The notes: generated from the sequence alone by a model not told the origin. A DNA stretch of 64,000 nt from a virus (IMGVR_UViG_3300005537_000023:1-64000), one strand, 5' to 3'. Positions 1 to 9,834 are shown, counted from the first letter of the stretch. Numbers and translations: made by a program.

Positions 1-63
1 GGCGCGCACGCCGGAGATCACGCGCAAGGGGCGGGTGGCGTTGGAGGAAGCGGAGGCGAAAAC

Positions 64-468
64 ATGAGCAGATCGGGATACAGCGATGATTGCGAAAACC
101 TCGGCTTGTGGCGCCAGGCCGTGGATCGGGCAATCCGGGGCAAGCGCGGCCAGGCATTCATGCGCGAGATGGCTGCGGCGATGGATACAATGCCCACGAA
201 GGCGTTGGTTGCCGGCGAAGTGGTGCGAGATGCGGCCCACGTTTGCGCGCTCGGCTCCGTGGCCATCGCTCGCGGCATGGACGTGGCAAATCTGGACATC
301 GAGGACGGGGAATCCGTTGGCGAGGCGTTTGGCGTGGCCAAGGCGCTCGCGTGCGAGGTGGCCTACATGAACGACGAGTGTGGGCCGGTGAACGAGACGG
401 AAGAGGATCGCTGGCAGCGTATGCGGCGATGGGTTGACCAGCGGTTGGCAGAGGGAGGGCTAGAATGA
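64..468 (+). CDS. conserved phage hypothetical protein
   Basis: MSRSGYSDD...RGKRGQAFMREM..AMD.MP.K.L...CALG motif set typical of a phage family; starts an overlapping gene chain. Confidence 0.75.
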   Translation: MSRSGYSDDCENLGLWRQAVDRAIRGKRGQAFMREMAAAMDTMPTKALVAGEVVRDAAHVCALGSVAIARGMDVANLDIEDGESVGEAFGVAKALACEVAYMNDECGPVNETEEDRWQRMRRWVDQRLAEGGLE

Positions 469-854
469 GAAAGCGAAACAAGAAAGCCCGCCCCGTCCGC
501 AGGATGCGCGTGACGCCCGCTGGGCCAATGGTGGAGAACTTGGACGCCAGCAACCACATGCCAATGGTGTGCGATAGATGCGGCGTTGCAGTCGAGCCAT
601 TCGCACACACGCACTTCGACTTTCAGACGTGGCGTGACGGAAGAGGCCGCAGTGACATTGGGAGCGGTCGCCTGTGTCCACCGTGCGGCGACGTCGTATC
701 GCGCATGCTCGTGTACTTCGGCAAGTCGCTCGGGCTCACTACCAACGCGACACTGCCTGGTTTGAGCGAAAAGTTTCTAGGCCAAGGCGGTATGAGACTT
801 TACAACTTGCCGAACGGTGTGGAGTGCGCGCCGTGCCCAAGCCATGCGCGCTAG
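465..854 (+). CDS. Zn-finger hypothetical protein
   Basis: CDRC and CPPC pairs; ATGA overlap with upstream gene. Confidence 0.6.
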   Translation: MRKRNKKARPVRRMRVTPAGPMVENLDASNHMPMVCDRCGVAVEPFAHTHFDFQTWRDGRGRSDIGSGRLCPPCGDVVSRMLVYFGKSLGLTTNATLPGLSEKFLGQGGMRLYNLPNGVECAPCPSHAR

Positions 855-1167
855 CCCCACCCACCGCCGCCGCGGCCCCGAGCGCGCCGTGACATCCGCC
901 CCCATCCGCGACGGCGATGGCGATTGGTACGTGCGTCTCTCGTGCGGCCATCGCTGGTACGAGGTGGGTGGGCGCACTATCAAGGCGATTCGTGACGTGC
1001 GCCTCTGTCCGCTGTGCCCGGATGAGACGTACAACCGGACGCAGTACCGCGCGAAGGCGGCGGCGATTCGCGAGCGACACCAGCGACTTTTCTTTGCTAC
1101 CCGCGACGCGATCGCGAGGGCGGAGGGTGTGCTGGAAGAGTTGCGGCAGCGGGAGGCGGCGGAATGA
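844..1167 (+). CDS. Zn-ribbon hypothetical protein
   Basis: LSCGH...CPLC. Confidence 0.55.
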   Translation: MRASPTHRRRGPERAVTSAPIRDGDGDWYVRLSCGHRWYEVGGRTIKAIRDVRLCPLCPDETYNRTQYRAKAAAIRERHQRLFFATRDAIARAEGVLEELRQREAAE

Positions 1168-1421
1168 AACTCCTCCTCTGCCGTGCGTGCGGCGACATGC
1201 TGAAATTCGGCCTCGACGACTGGCGCTTCTGCAACTGCGGCCGATCGTCCGCGCGCTACGTGGACGCGGCCTTTGGCGAGATGCGCGGCGACGATGCGGT
1301 AGCGATCGGCGTGGACAACGCGGACCTGGCGAAGATGGTTCACGCGCACGGAAACTTTAGGGCGGAGTGGTGGAAGATGTTGCCGGGCGCGCCTGGCGTA
1401 AGGGTGACGAGGGTGACATGA
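1164..1421 (+). CDS. hypothetical protein
   Basis: MKLLLCRACGD...CNCG; ATGA coupling. Confidence 0.65.
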   Translation: MKLLLCRACGDMLKFGLDDWRFCNCGRSSARYVDAAFGEMRGDDAVAIGVDNADLAKMVHAHGNFRAEWWKMLPGAPGVRVTRVT

Positions 1422-1684
1422 AGAGCGGCTTTTATATCATCGACGCAACGGCGCACTACTTCGTCGTCAACGGCGTCCGCAAGTCTCTATGCGGCGTGGA
1501 CTCCGTCTCGCTCTCCACGCCGTACGTGCAGCGCGAGCACCTTGGCGTCGTGCCAATGTGCCGCGCTTGCCAAGAGTCCATGCGCCCGACGGTGACGAAG
1601 ACGGCGCCGGAGGTGGAGGCGTGTACGTGCGCGGCGTGTCGCGGAAGCTCGGTGTCGCGACATGCGAAGGCGGAGGGAGCGTGA
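1418..1684 (+). CDS. Cys-rich hypothetical protein
   Basis: H...SLCG...CRAC; coupled start/stop. Confidence 0.55.
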   Translation: MKSGFYIIDATAHYFVVNGVRKSLCGVDSVSLSTPYVQREHLGVVPMCRACQESMRPTVTKTAPEVEACTCAACRGSSVSRHAKAEGA

Positions 1685-2133
1685 CGCTGGAGCGCCACAT
1701 CCACGCCGCCATCCTGCGCACCGTCCGCACGATGGGGTGCTGGGCCGAGACGAATGGCGTCCACCGCGGCGGCACCACGCGGCGCAGCGGCCTCGGCGTG
1801 GGCTCGCCGGATATCCTCGTCCTCGTCCCGCCTTTCTGGACGGCGCTATTTATCGAGGTGAAGCGGGACGAGAAGGCGAAGCGATCGCGCCGGCAGATCG
1901 AATGGCACGCGCGCGCCCAAACCGTTGGCATCCGCGTGGAGACGTGCTGGACGGCGGTGATGGCGCGGGATGCGGTGCTGACGGCAATCAAGGCCGACGG
2001 CGATCTACTGTGCGCGGCGGCGCGGCGGATCGTACTTGATGCCAAGGGCGAGCGCCGACTCAACGCACTGTTGGAGTCACCACCGAAGCCAACCAAAGCC
2101 TTGAAGGATCTGTGGACGGGGAGGGCAGGATGA
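1681..2133 (+). CDS. VRR-NUC family PD-(D/E)xK nuclease
   Basis: GSPDILV...FIEVK...RRQIEW motif. Confidence 0.85.
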   Translation: MTLERHIHAAILRTVRTMGCWAETNGVHRGGTTRRSGLGVGSPDILVLVPPFWTALFIEVKRDEKAKRSRRQIEWHARAQTVGIRVETCWTAVMARDAVLTAIKADGDLLCAAARRIVLDAKGERRLNALLESPPKPTKALKDLWTGRAG

Positions 2134-2270
2134 AAAAGCACCAGTGCGTCCGCTGCAAACGCCACGTCGCCGGCACGCGCAACGTCAGGCGCCGGTGCGG
2201 AACGTTGAAGACGTTATGCGCGAGGTGCATTGAGACGTTGAAGGCGAAAGGGGCGGTGCTTGACGATTAG
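2130..2270 (+). CDS. small Zn-finger protein
   Basis: MKKHQCVRC...LCARC; ATGA overlap; below ORF-track cutoff. Confidence 0.45.
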   Translation: MKKHQCVRCKRHVAGTRNVRRRCGTLKTLCARCIETLKAKGAVLDD

Positions 2271-2503
2271 CCGCGAATCGTCAACGTCGCCAACACCCCG
2301 CCATCCACATGCCCCACCGTCACCTCGCCGCCACCCCAGTCCACGGACAGCACGGGGTAGTCGTGCGTGAGCAGGACGTTGTGCAGATCGTCCACGCCCA
2401 CCTTCGCCGGGATGCCGAGTGGGCCGAGGTCGACGTGGGGCGAGTCGATGGCGGACGCGGCGTCCATGAGGGCGCGGAGGGAGTCCGAGCGAACTTCCCT
2501 CAC
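2267..2503 (-). CDS. hypothetical protein
   Basis: coupled to the upstream minus-strand gene. Confidence 0.45.
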   Translation of the reverse strand: MREVRSDSLRALMDAASAIDSPHVDLGPLGIPAKVGVDDLHNVLLTHDYPVLSVDWGGGEVTVGHVDGGVLATLTIRG

Positions 2504-2994
2504 TTGGCCACCGTGACGATGGCGGCGGGACGGTAGGCGCAGCCGTGCGCGGTGGAGACGAAGACGAGGACGGCGGTGACGGCAATTGCAGTGGGCGTCT
2601 TCACATACCCGCGCACGATTTCGAGGATGCCGGCGGGCTGGGCGAGGCGATCGTCACGGCGCGGATCCTTGCGCGGGCCAGGGCGCGGCACCTCGACGGG
2701 CGTGGTTTCGGTACGGAATCCGCGATCGGACGTGGGGGCCGACACCGCCGGCATCTGGCCGCTGACGCCGGTGCCGGGCGGGGGACGGTTGGAGGGGCCG
2801 GCGCCGCCGCCGCTTCCGAGCGCCATAATCGTCTTCGTCTGCTGGGCGGCGAAACGCTCGCGGGCGTAGAGGATGAGGATCGGGAGGACGGCTTGCTCAG
2901 TGAGCTTGCCGTGGAGGGTGAGGACGCCGATCAGGATGAAAAACGCGACGTCGACGAGGGAGGCGAGCAGGCGCTGGCCCGGCGTGCTGTCCAT
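2500..2994 (-). CDS. membrane protein
   Basis: two N-terminal and one C-terminal hydrophobic segments. Confidence 0.6.
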   Translation of the reverse strand: MDSTPGQRLLASLVDVAFFILIGVLTLHGKLTEQAVLPILILYARERFAAQQTKTIMALGSGGGAGPSNRPPPGTGVSGQMPAVSAPTSDRGFRTETTPVEVPRPGPRKDPRRDDRLAQPAGILEIVRGYVKTPTAIAVTAVLVFVSTAHGCAYRPAAIVTVAK

Positions 2995-3069
2995 TGCTCA
3001 ATGATGCCGCGCGGTTGACTGGGCGGAGAAGAAAAGTTGCCAGCCCATGTCTCACGCCGCTGAATACGC

Positions 3070-3099
3070 TTGACACCACCCACGTCAATGGTGCTAATG
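3070..3099 (+). promoter_or_regulatory. sigma70-like promoter with TTGAC-N9-GTCAA inverted repeat over the -35
   Basis: TTGACA at 3070 and TGCTAAT ~17 bp downstream, directly before the RHH gene. Confidence 0.6.
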
Positions 3100-3105
3100 G
3101 CAGGC

Positions 3106-3276
3106 ATGGCGCGAATCAAGGCGGTGCGTGAGTTGGCGATGACGCTGCGCTTTTCCGTTGAGGAGAGGCGGGCGATCAGGGCGGCGGCGGGGAAGGCGGA
3201 TTTGCCGATGGCGCAGTGGATCAAGCGGGTGCTGGCTGAGGCGGCGGCTGAGTCGGCAAAGGAGTCTGGAAAATGA
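3106..3276 (+). CDS. ribbon-helix-helix DNA-binding protein
   Basis: MTLRFSVEERRAIRAAA...MAQWIKRVL. Confidence 0.7.
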   Translation: MARIKAVRELAMTLRFSVEERRAIRAAAGKADLPMAQWIKRVLAEAAAESAKESGK

Positions 3277-3728
3277 CGGCAGGCGAGGGAAGCGCGCTGA
3301 CGGACTCGATCGAGCGATTCCGTGCGGCTAAGGCCGATGTGGAGGCGGCCGAAGAGGTGTTGCGCGAAGCGAAGCAGAGGCTCCGTGCTGTCGCCGCCGA
3401 AGCCCATGGCGCGCTCAAATCGATCAGCGGCGAGATCGAGGAGCACGCGCCGCGCGAGGACATCGAAACGCCAGCCACGCGTCTGCGCCGGAAGCGCGGA
3501 ATCGGGGCAAGCAATCAGCAGGCTTTGCTGTCAGCGATGGCAAAGCTTGGTGTTGGCAAGTCAACGCCAACCAAGGATCTGGCCGTCATGGCTGGCATTA
3601 CATACAACCAAGCATGGGGGGCACTCGGACGAAGGATGTTGGAATTCGGACTCGTGAAAAAAACTGGGCCAGGCGAATGGAGCATCACCCCGAAAGGGAT
3701 TGCTGAAATTGAAGGGAGCGAGGTATGA
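3273..3728 (+). CDS. coiled-coil plus winged-helix protein
   Basis: C-terminal GLVKKTGPGEWSITPKG wing. Confidence 0.6.
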   Translation: MTAGEGSALTDSIERFRAAKADVEAAEEVLREAKQRLRAVAAEAHGALKSISGEIEEHAPREDIETPATRLRRKRGIGASNQQALLSAMAKLGVGKSTPTKDLAVMAGITYNQAWGALGRRMLEFGLVKKTGPGEWSITPKGIAEIEGSEV

Positions 3729-4648
3729 CCGCCAAGGCGAGCAGGCAGACGCGCACGTCCGTCGACACGATCATCGTCACGCCGGAAATCGTGTCTAAGT
3801 GGGAACTGCCCCCATTCCAAAGGCCACTACGAATCAGCGACAAGGTGAAGGCCGTAGCCGAGGTGATCAAAGCGAACGGCGGAGTGATTCCAGGAATGAT
3901 CACCATCGGAATCCTCAACGGGAAGCAATACATCCTCGATGGGCAGCACCGCAGGGAAGCCTATCTCATCTCCGGCATGCCGGAGGGATACGTGGATGTC
4001 CGGTATTCCACGCACGAATCCATGGCGGACATGGGCGAGGAGTACGTGGAACTAAATTCCAGCATCGTCCGCATGCGCCCGGACGATATCCTCCGCGGCC
4101 TTGAAGGATCGTACGCTGCATTGCAGTTGCTTCGTAAGCGCGTGCCGTTCGTTGGCTATGACATGATTCGTCGTAGCAAGTCATCTCCCATCTTGGGAAT
4201 GAGCGTGCTTCTCCGATGTTGGTACGCGTCTATCCCGGATGTGCCTGGTACCGCCGCCCCGTCTGCCGCCACCATCGCGAAAAGCCTGTCGGTTGACGAT
4301 GCGGCGCTTTGCGCCGAATTCATCACGTTGGCGAAGGACGCGTGGGGCCGGGATCCCGAATACATGCGATTGTGGGGAGGCCTCAACCTCACCCTTTGCA
4401 TGTGGCTCTACCGCCGCACTGTGCTTGTGCCGGATGACGGAAAACCGATGCCAAAGGACACATTCAAGACTGGCCTTATGGGACTCTCTACCGACGGCAG
4501 TTTTCTTGATTGGTTGGTTGGGCGAAACATGAACGACCACCATCGCGGGCCGGCATTCAAGGAGATCAAGCGACTGATCGGGCGCCGGATCGCGGCCACC
4601 GGCAAGCGAGTGCGTCTCCCGTCCCCGCAATGGGAGCGCGAGCGATGA
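3725..4648 (+). CDS. ParB/Srx-like (DGQHR motif) protein
   Basis: FQRPL...YILDGQHRREA. Confidence 0.75.
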   Translation: MTAKASRQTRTSVDTIIVTPEIVSKWELPPFQRPLRISDKVKAVAEVIKANGGVIPGMITIGILNGKQYILDGQHRREAYLISGMPEGYVDVRYSTHESMADMGEEYVELNSSIVRMRPDDILRGLEGSYAALQLLRKRVPFVGYDMIRRSKSSPILGMSVLLRCWYASIPDVPGTAAPSAATIAKSLSVDDAALCAEFITLAKDAWGRDPEYMRLWGGLNLTLCMWLYRRTVLVPDDGKPMPKDTFKTGLMGLSTDGSFLDWLVGRNMNDHHRGPAFKEIKRLIGRRIAATGKRVRLPSPQWERER

Positions 4649-5562
4649 GCGATCTGTCCAATCTTCTCGAAACTCTGGAGGCCGCCGCCGCCATTGTGCG
4701 CCGGATGATGAATGGCGGCGATGTGGCCAATCGCCAAGTGTCGTCGTCTGGCGTACGCGAGCAGGTATACGAAGTGATCGCCAGACGTAGCCGAGGCGGC
4801 GAAGGTACCACCTGCGACGATGTTGAGCGCATCACGGGACTGACGCATCAAACGGCATCCGCGCGAGTCAATGAGCTGGCCGCAGACGGCGAGATCACGC
4901 CCAACGGCCAACGAAAGACGCGGAGCGGAAAACCAGCGGCCGCATATTGGCTGCCGGAGTCCATCGCTACGGAACCAGAGGAGGATATCACTGGCCTTTC
5001 GCAGCCTATCGACGAGGGGCGTCGGCGTATGGCAGTGACATTGCTTGGCAGTCTCGTTCGTGCGGACAATCCTTCTGTCGGCCGGATGGGCCAATCTATT
5101 GCCGATGATACCGGATTGAGGACTCATGCCGTGCTAACGAATCTTCACTATCTAGCGCCACGTTTGCCGTTTCTTCAAGAGACCAAGATCGGCGGGGCCT
5201 ACAGATACTCGCTTCGAAACATCGCCGCAGCCAAACGATGGATCGAGGAGAATGACGCGCCGGATTTGCCATTCGGCCGGGATAGAGGGGTGGCCCCGAT
5301 GCCTCTGTATGTCACCGGACGGCGTGTCATTCAGATGTTGGAGGCTGACGGATCCGCATTGGCCTCCGACATCTACAAACGCCTGTCGATCAACGTCACT
5401 GGCGCCAGGGCGGTGATGGCTAAACTGCACGGCGCCGGAATCATCCGAGCGGAGCGATCGCCCAGCGGGAAGACGTCCCCTCGCATCGAGATCGCTGATT
5501 CAGAAAAGGCACGGGCGTGGATGGTGGAGGCGGATGCGTTCATTGCCAACGCGACTGCGTAG
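4645..5562 (+). CDS. multi winged-helix DNA-binding protein
   Basis: TCDDVE..TGLTHQTASARVNEL...RKTRSGKPA; paralogous to 57565-57879. Confidence 0.7.
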   Translation: MSDLSNLLETLEAAAAIVRRMMNGGDVANRQVSSSGVREQVYEVIARRSRGGEGTTCDDVERITGLTHQTASARVNELAADGEITPNGQRKTRSGKPAAAYWLPESIATEPEEDITGLSQPIDEGRRRMAVTLLGSLVRADNPSVGRMGQSIADDTGLRTHAVLTNLHYLAPRLPFLQETKIGGAYRYSLRNIAAAKRWIEENDAPDLPFGRDRGVAPMPLYVTGRRVIQMLEADGSALASDIYKRLSINVTGARAVMAKLHGAGIIRAERSPSGKTSPRIEIADSEKARAWMVEADAFIANATA

Positions 5563-5621
5563 AATGGGGCGATACAAGAAGAGTGCAAACGGTTCGCCGC
5601 GAGCGTGATACCCTACCCTGC

Positions 5622-6041
5622 ATGCCCACCGCCCTCTCCATCTCCGCCGTCCGCGACGCCTTGCAGTCGGCTGGCTACACCGAGACGTCTTTCCACCACA
5701 AGCCCCCGCCGGTGGTGGTGTTGGATGTCCCGTACGGCAGCACGGAGCGCGGCCGGTTTTTTCCGAGCATCAACGCCATAGCGGTGGCAGACGGCCCGGA
5801 CAGCGACGTTGCAACGAACCACGAGCTTGCGCACGCCGCCGTCTACGCCAAGCGCTGCGGCGGCACGTGCCAGACGGAGCGCACCCGCTGCTCGTACCGC
5901 GGCGCGCACTCGGCGGCCTTCTATCGAGAGTTGGCGCGCATCCACAAGCACAAGGGGATGTCGGTGGCGAGGGCGAGGGAATTCGAGCGGACGTGCGGCT
6001 ACGCGTATCCGAAGGCGTGGGATAGGAAGGTGGAGTGGTGA
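5622..6041 (+). CDS. SprT-like zincin metallopeptidase
   Basis: HELAH motif followed by HSAAFY. Confidence 0.6.
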   Translation: MPTALSISAVRDALQSAGYTETSFHHKPPPVVVLDVPYGSTERGRFFPSINAIAVADGPDSDVATNHELAHAAVYAKRCGGTCQTERTRCSYRGAHSAAFYRELARIHKHKGMSVARAREFERTCGYAYPKAWDRKVEW

Positions 6042-6316
6042 CGATTCCGAGCAAGTGGCCTGCGGGAGCCATCCTGAATGTCTGGCCAGACGGGCGCGTC
6101 GTCGCGGTGATCGGTGACACCGGCCTACGGGGTGACGGTAGCCGATTTGTGCAGGTACGATTCCGCGGTAGTGGCAGAGAGAACGTTTTCCCGGCCGTCC
6201 AACTCCTCACCGGCCGCGAATTCGTCATCCGCTGCATCCGCGAGCGCCGCCCGTTGCCGGTGGGCGTGTACGAGATTGATGGGGCGATCGACTTTTCGGG
6301 GGATGAGGTGAGGTGA
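6035..6316 (+). CDS. hypothetical protein
   Basis: coupled ORF in operon. Confidence 0.5.
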   Translation: MVTIPSKWPAGAILNVWPDGRVVAVIGDTGLRGDGSRFVQVRFRGSGRENVFPAVQLLTGREFVIRCIRERRPLPVGVYEIDGAIDFSGDEVR

Positions 6317-6770
6317 CACGCATGGTGACGACGGCGACGCTGGATGGCAACGAGCACTTCCGCGAAATCATCTGCAAAGCCATCAAGGTGCTGCGGATTA
6401 GCGACGCTCGGCTCGCGCGCGAATTCGGCGTCAGCCGGGCCGCCGGGCCGCGATTGGACGTTGGAAGAGCGGGCGCAATGCACCGCTGCCACTCATGCGC
6501 GCGCACGTCTACGCGTTTCTCGTCAAAGAGATCATCGCCGAGGAGGCACGTGAAGGCCGCTTTTCGGCAGGGGTGGAGGCCGCCTTGCAGGCGATCGGCG
6601 TCTTCGATCCGGCCGAGCGCGCTCGTGAGAAGCAGGCATCTCGTGATCGCGATGCCGCCGATCTCGCGTCGGGTCGCAAGAGCGCCGAGCAACTCAACCG
6701 CGAGAATGGTGGAGCCTTCGCGTTTCCGCGCGTGCGCATTCACCACAAGAGCGGCGGCAAGATCCGATGA
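6313..6770 (+). pseudogene. XRE-type HTH protein frameshifted by an 8-bp tandem duplication
   Basis: GCCGGGCC x2 at 6434-6449; removing one copy gives LAREFGVSRAAIGRWKSGRNAPLPLMRAHVYAFL. Confidence 0.8.
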
Positions 6771-7063
6771 AGTCCTGGCAGCAATCCAACATCACGCGCC
6801 GCGACGCCCGCCACACGAAGACGCCGGACGAGCCGGTGAAGGTGTCGGCCGCACGCAAAGACACCAAGCGATGGTGCGGCGGCAAGATGGGGCGCAAGCA
6901 CAAGCCGAAGTGCATGGACTACGCGAGCACCAAAGGTGACTCGTGGGCGCGCCAGGGCTGGAAGATTCTGGCGTGCACCGTCTGCGGTAAAGAGATCGAT
7001 CGATGGTGCCCGGTGCCGTGGTACAGCGAAAGGCGAAACAAGCCCGATTGGGTGAAGGCGTAG
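6767..7063 (+). CDS. Cys-rich hypothetical protein
   Basis: KDTKRWCGGK...CTVCGK. Confidence 0.6.
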   Translation: MKSWQQSNITRRDARHTKTPDEPVKVSAARKDTKRWCGGKMGRKHKPKCMDYASTKGDSWARQGWKILACTVCGKEIDRWCPVPWYSERRNKPDWVKA

Positions 7064-7071
7064 GAGGCGAC

Positions 7072-7746
7072 ATGGCCAACGAACACGTGAAGCGAAGTTT
7101 CCACTCCATCGATCACAAGGGCCACATCGTCGAAGGCGGCCCGCTGGATGAGCGGTTGCGCAACCTCGAATGCCTGGCCGAGGGCCGACGCGATCGCATG
7201 ACGCCTGGCCTCGACACGTACATCGAGGATCGCGTGAAGAGCGAGGTTACGAAGGCGGCAGCGTCGCTGACGCAGGCGTCGCCGTACGCGGTTGCGCGCG
7301 TGGGCGTCGGCGGCACCATCGACGCGCGCATCGACAAGGCCATCGCGCGCCTAGACGCCATCGAATCCGCGATGCGGTTGATGTGCACGGCAGTGCATGG
7401 AAGCGTGCCAGCGTCCGCTGCCGGATTCGCCGGTGAGTTGGCGCTCCACTTCTCGCAGCCAACGCCGTTGCTGGTGAAGCACGTGCGCCTCGCGGACGAT
7501 TCGGCCGAGGGATTGCGGATCAGCCGGATTCGATGCGGAGTGAACTTCCTCCCAGGGGACGGCAACATCGACGCCATCGTGACGCCGAACGACGATCTCG
7601 TGGTGACGGTGGAGAACACCGGCGCGCAGTACGCCAACGTCTCCGTCCTCTTCTTCTACGAGAAGGCGCCGCAGCCGTGCGAGGCGATGGAGGCGATGGC
7701 GAAGGCGTACGCCAAGGGGTACGACTACGGCTATCGGGGGCGATGA
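7072..7746 (+). CDS. protein with a C-terminal beta-sandwich resembling the putative capsid jelly roll
   Basis: SD AGGAGG; LRISRIRCG...DLVVTVENTGAQYANVSVLF echoes the strand pattern of 15642-16226. Confidence 0.5.
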   Translation: MANEHVKRSFHSIDHKGHIVEGGPLDERLRNLECLAEGRRDRMTPGLDTYIEDRVKSEVTKAAASLTQASPYAVARVGVGGTIDARIDKAIARLDAIESAMRLMCTAVHGSVPASAAGFAGELALHFSQPTPLLVKHVRLADDSAEGLRISRIRCGVNFLPGDGNIDAIVTPNDDLVVTVENTGAQYANVSVLFFYEKAPQPCEAMEAMAKAYAKGYDYGYRGR

Positions 7747-8213
7747 TGACCTGGCCGCTGATCAAGTACGGATGGCCAACGCCTGACGAATGGGAAGACG
7801 ACGCGGCGGTGTACCGCTTGGCCGCCGAGCGCCAGGCCGAGGATCATCGCCGCTACCGCGCCATGGCCATGGAACCGGCGCCAGCGTCGCGCGACGATCG
7901 CCCCCGCTATCACGTGACTGTCAGGTGGCCCGACGGCAGAGAGTCCGAGTCCGTGCGCGATCCCAGCCGTCCATACGCGGCCACGATCGGCGCGCTCACC
8001 GAAGCGCCAACCACCGTCGCGCCGCCGATCATCGCCACCCTCGACAACCCCTCCCCTCCCCGCATCGTCGAGGGCAAGCGCTGCCCCGGCTGCGGCAAGC
8101 GAGATACGGTGGAGGTGGTCTACGGCAGCGTGACGCACGTGCACCAGCGATGGGCGCGGGCGGTGTACACGTGCTGCTGTTGCGAGTGGAGCGAAGTGAA
8201 GGGCCAGCGCTAG
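7743..8213 (+). CDS. hypothetical protein with C-terminal Zn ribbon
   Basis: CPGCG...CCCCEW. Confidence 0.55.
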   Translation: MMTWPLIKYGWPTPDEWEDDAAVYRLAAERQAEDHRRYRAMAMEPAPASRDDRPRYHVTVRWPDGRESESVRDPSRPYAATIGALTEAPTTVAPPIIATLDNPSPPRIVEGKRCPGCGKRDTVEVVYGSVTHVHQRWARAVYTCCCCEWSEVKGQR

Positions 8214-9349
8214 GCCAGCCACCGCGCGACGGCCGCCATCACCGCCATCGCCGCCACCTTCTCTTTCAGATTCGCCGGCCGCCGCGTGATCGATGGCGAG
8301 AACACCGCGCGCCGATTGCCCTTGCGCAACGCCTCGATCTTCGCCTCTACGCGCGCGAGGGCGTCTTTCATCACCACGACGTCTTCGAGGCCAAGCGCTT
8401 CCGCCGGCGCCGCTTCGATCGCCTCGCGCAGAAGCGTTGCGGACTCTTCTGCGGCCGCTTTGCCACCAGGCAGATCCACGCGCGCGAGGAGGGCGTCGAT
8501 GGGATCAGCGGAGATGCCGGACGTTCGCGCCTTCGCCTTCTCCTCCTCCAGCAACTCCTCCAAGAGGTTGTTGTTGACGAAGGAGTAGCTCGCGCCGTAG
8601 GCCTGGACGACGACGGGGGCCGGAGGGGGCGGCGTTGGTTCCGATACGCCGATCGATGCGGACGCGCCGATGTAAATCTGGGCGTTCACGCCCACGTCCA
8701 CGGAACCGGCGAGGCCAAGCATCACGGCGGCGGAGAAAGTCAGGATCGCATCGACGGCAGTGTCCGCATGGAGTCCAGTGGTGGCGGCGGCGGCGAACGG
8801 AAGCAGCGCGGCCACGGCCGCATCCTCTGCCATCGAAAACGTTGCTGCGGACGAAGACGCCAGTGTGGCCGCAACGGACGCGGACATGGCGAGGCCGAGA
8901 GAGGCGCCGGACGAAAGTGGCAGCGCTGGCGCCGCCTGGAGGTCCAGCGATTCGCCCATGGACGCGGCGGCGGAGAATGGAAGTAGCGCGGCCACGGCAG
9001 CGTTGGCCAATTCGCCGAAGGCGACGGCCGACGTCATCCCCGGAAGCGTTGCCGCAAGCGTCGCGGCCATCGCCTCGTCGATCGTCACCGCGCTGGCGAA
9101 TGGAAGGGTTGCCGCGATCGTCGTGTCCTGCGCCAGCCCGAAGGTGGATGCGGCGGCCATCGGCAGCGTAGACGCCACCGTCAGCGCGATCGCTTGGGAT
9201 GTCGCCTGCGATGGGTCGGATAGGACTGCATCCGCCGTGGACGCGGTGTAGAGGAAAATCGGAGTCAACGTCGGCGCGGCTACGGGCAGAGCGTAGAGCA
9301 GGATGTTCGTCGGACTCGCATCGCCTTGGCGAAGCTGGATGTCCGTCAC
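8210..9349 (-). CDS. fibre-like virion protein with ~20-aa Ala-rich repeats
   Basis: repeated A(A/V)xLP(F/M)xxA units and a C-terminal coiled coil. Confidence 0.6.
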   Translation of the reverse strand: MTDIQLRQGDASPTNILLYALPVAAPTLTPIFLYTASTADAVLSDPSQATSQAIALTVASTLPMAAASTFGLAQDTTIAATLPFASAVTIDEAMAATLAATLPGMTSAVAFGELANAAVAALLPFSAAASMGESLDLQAAPALPLSSGASLGLAMSASVAATLASSSAATFSMAEDAAVAALLPFAAAATTGLHADTAVDAILTFSAAVMLGLAGSVDVGVNAQIYIGASASIGVSEPTPPPPAPVVVQAYGASYSFVNNNLLEELLEEEKAKARTSGISADPIDALLARVDLPGGKAAAEESATLLREAIEAAPAEALGLEDVVVMKDALARVEAKIEALRKGNRRAVFSPSITRRPANLKEKVAAMAVMAAVARWLA

Positions 9350-9351
9350 GG

Positions 9352-9834
9352 CTACACCGGGATCAGCGTGTTGGCCGTCGCGCCAGTGACGTCAGGCGAT
9401 CCGGCCTTGTACGCCACGAGGTAGTGCTGGGCGCCGGCGTACGTCGTCGTCAGCTCGTAGTAACCGCCCGTGTCCGACGTGACTTGTCCAACGCACACCT
9501 GCGTGGCCGTCACGAAACCGCGCACGATGCACGATCCGAGGTTGGCGCCGGTGGAGTCCTTAGTGGTGCCGATGATTTTCTTTACCTGCGCGCCGCCGAG
9601 AATGTCCTGCTGATCGTTGCCGTAGCGGCTGACATCGCAGCCGAGTGGCATCGCTGTCCCATCGTTGCCGCCGAAGCGAGAGCGAGGCCACAAGATGCCG
9701 TCATCCCAAGGCGACGAGTGCGCGCGCGTGCCAGCGAAGTCCCACTCGTAATCGTGCTGCATCGCGCGGCCATCGGATGCTTGGAGGAGCGAGATGCCAA
9801 GGCCCCCGGACGGTTGGCCGGTGAGAGTGCTCAC
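9352..9834 (-). CDS. virion accessory protein, carboxypeptidase-regulatory-like Ig domain
   Basis: IIGTTKDSTGANLGSCIV...TSDTGGYY...VAYKAGSPDVTG. Confidence 0.65.
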   Translation of the reverse strand: MSTLTGQPSGGLGISLLQASDGRAMQHDYEWDFAGTRAHSSPWDDGILWPRSRFGGNDGTAMPLGCDVSRYGNDQQDILGGAQVKKIIGTTKDSTGANLGSCIVRGFVTATQVCVGQVTSDTGGYYELTTTYAGAQHYLVAYKAGSPDVTGATANTLIPV

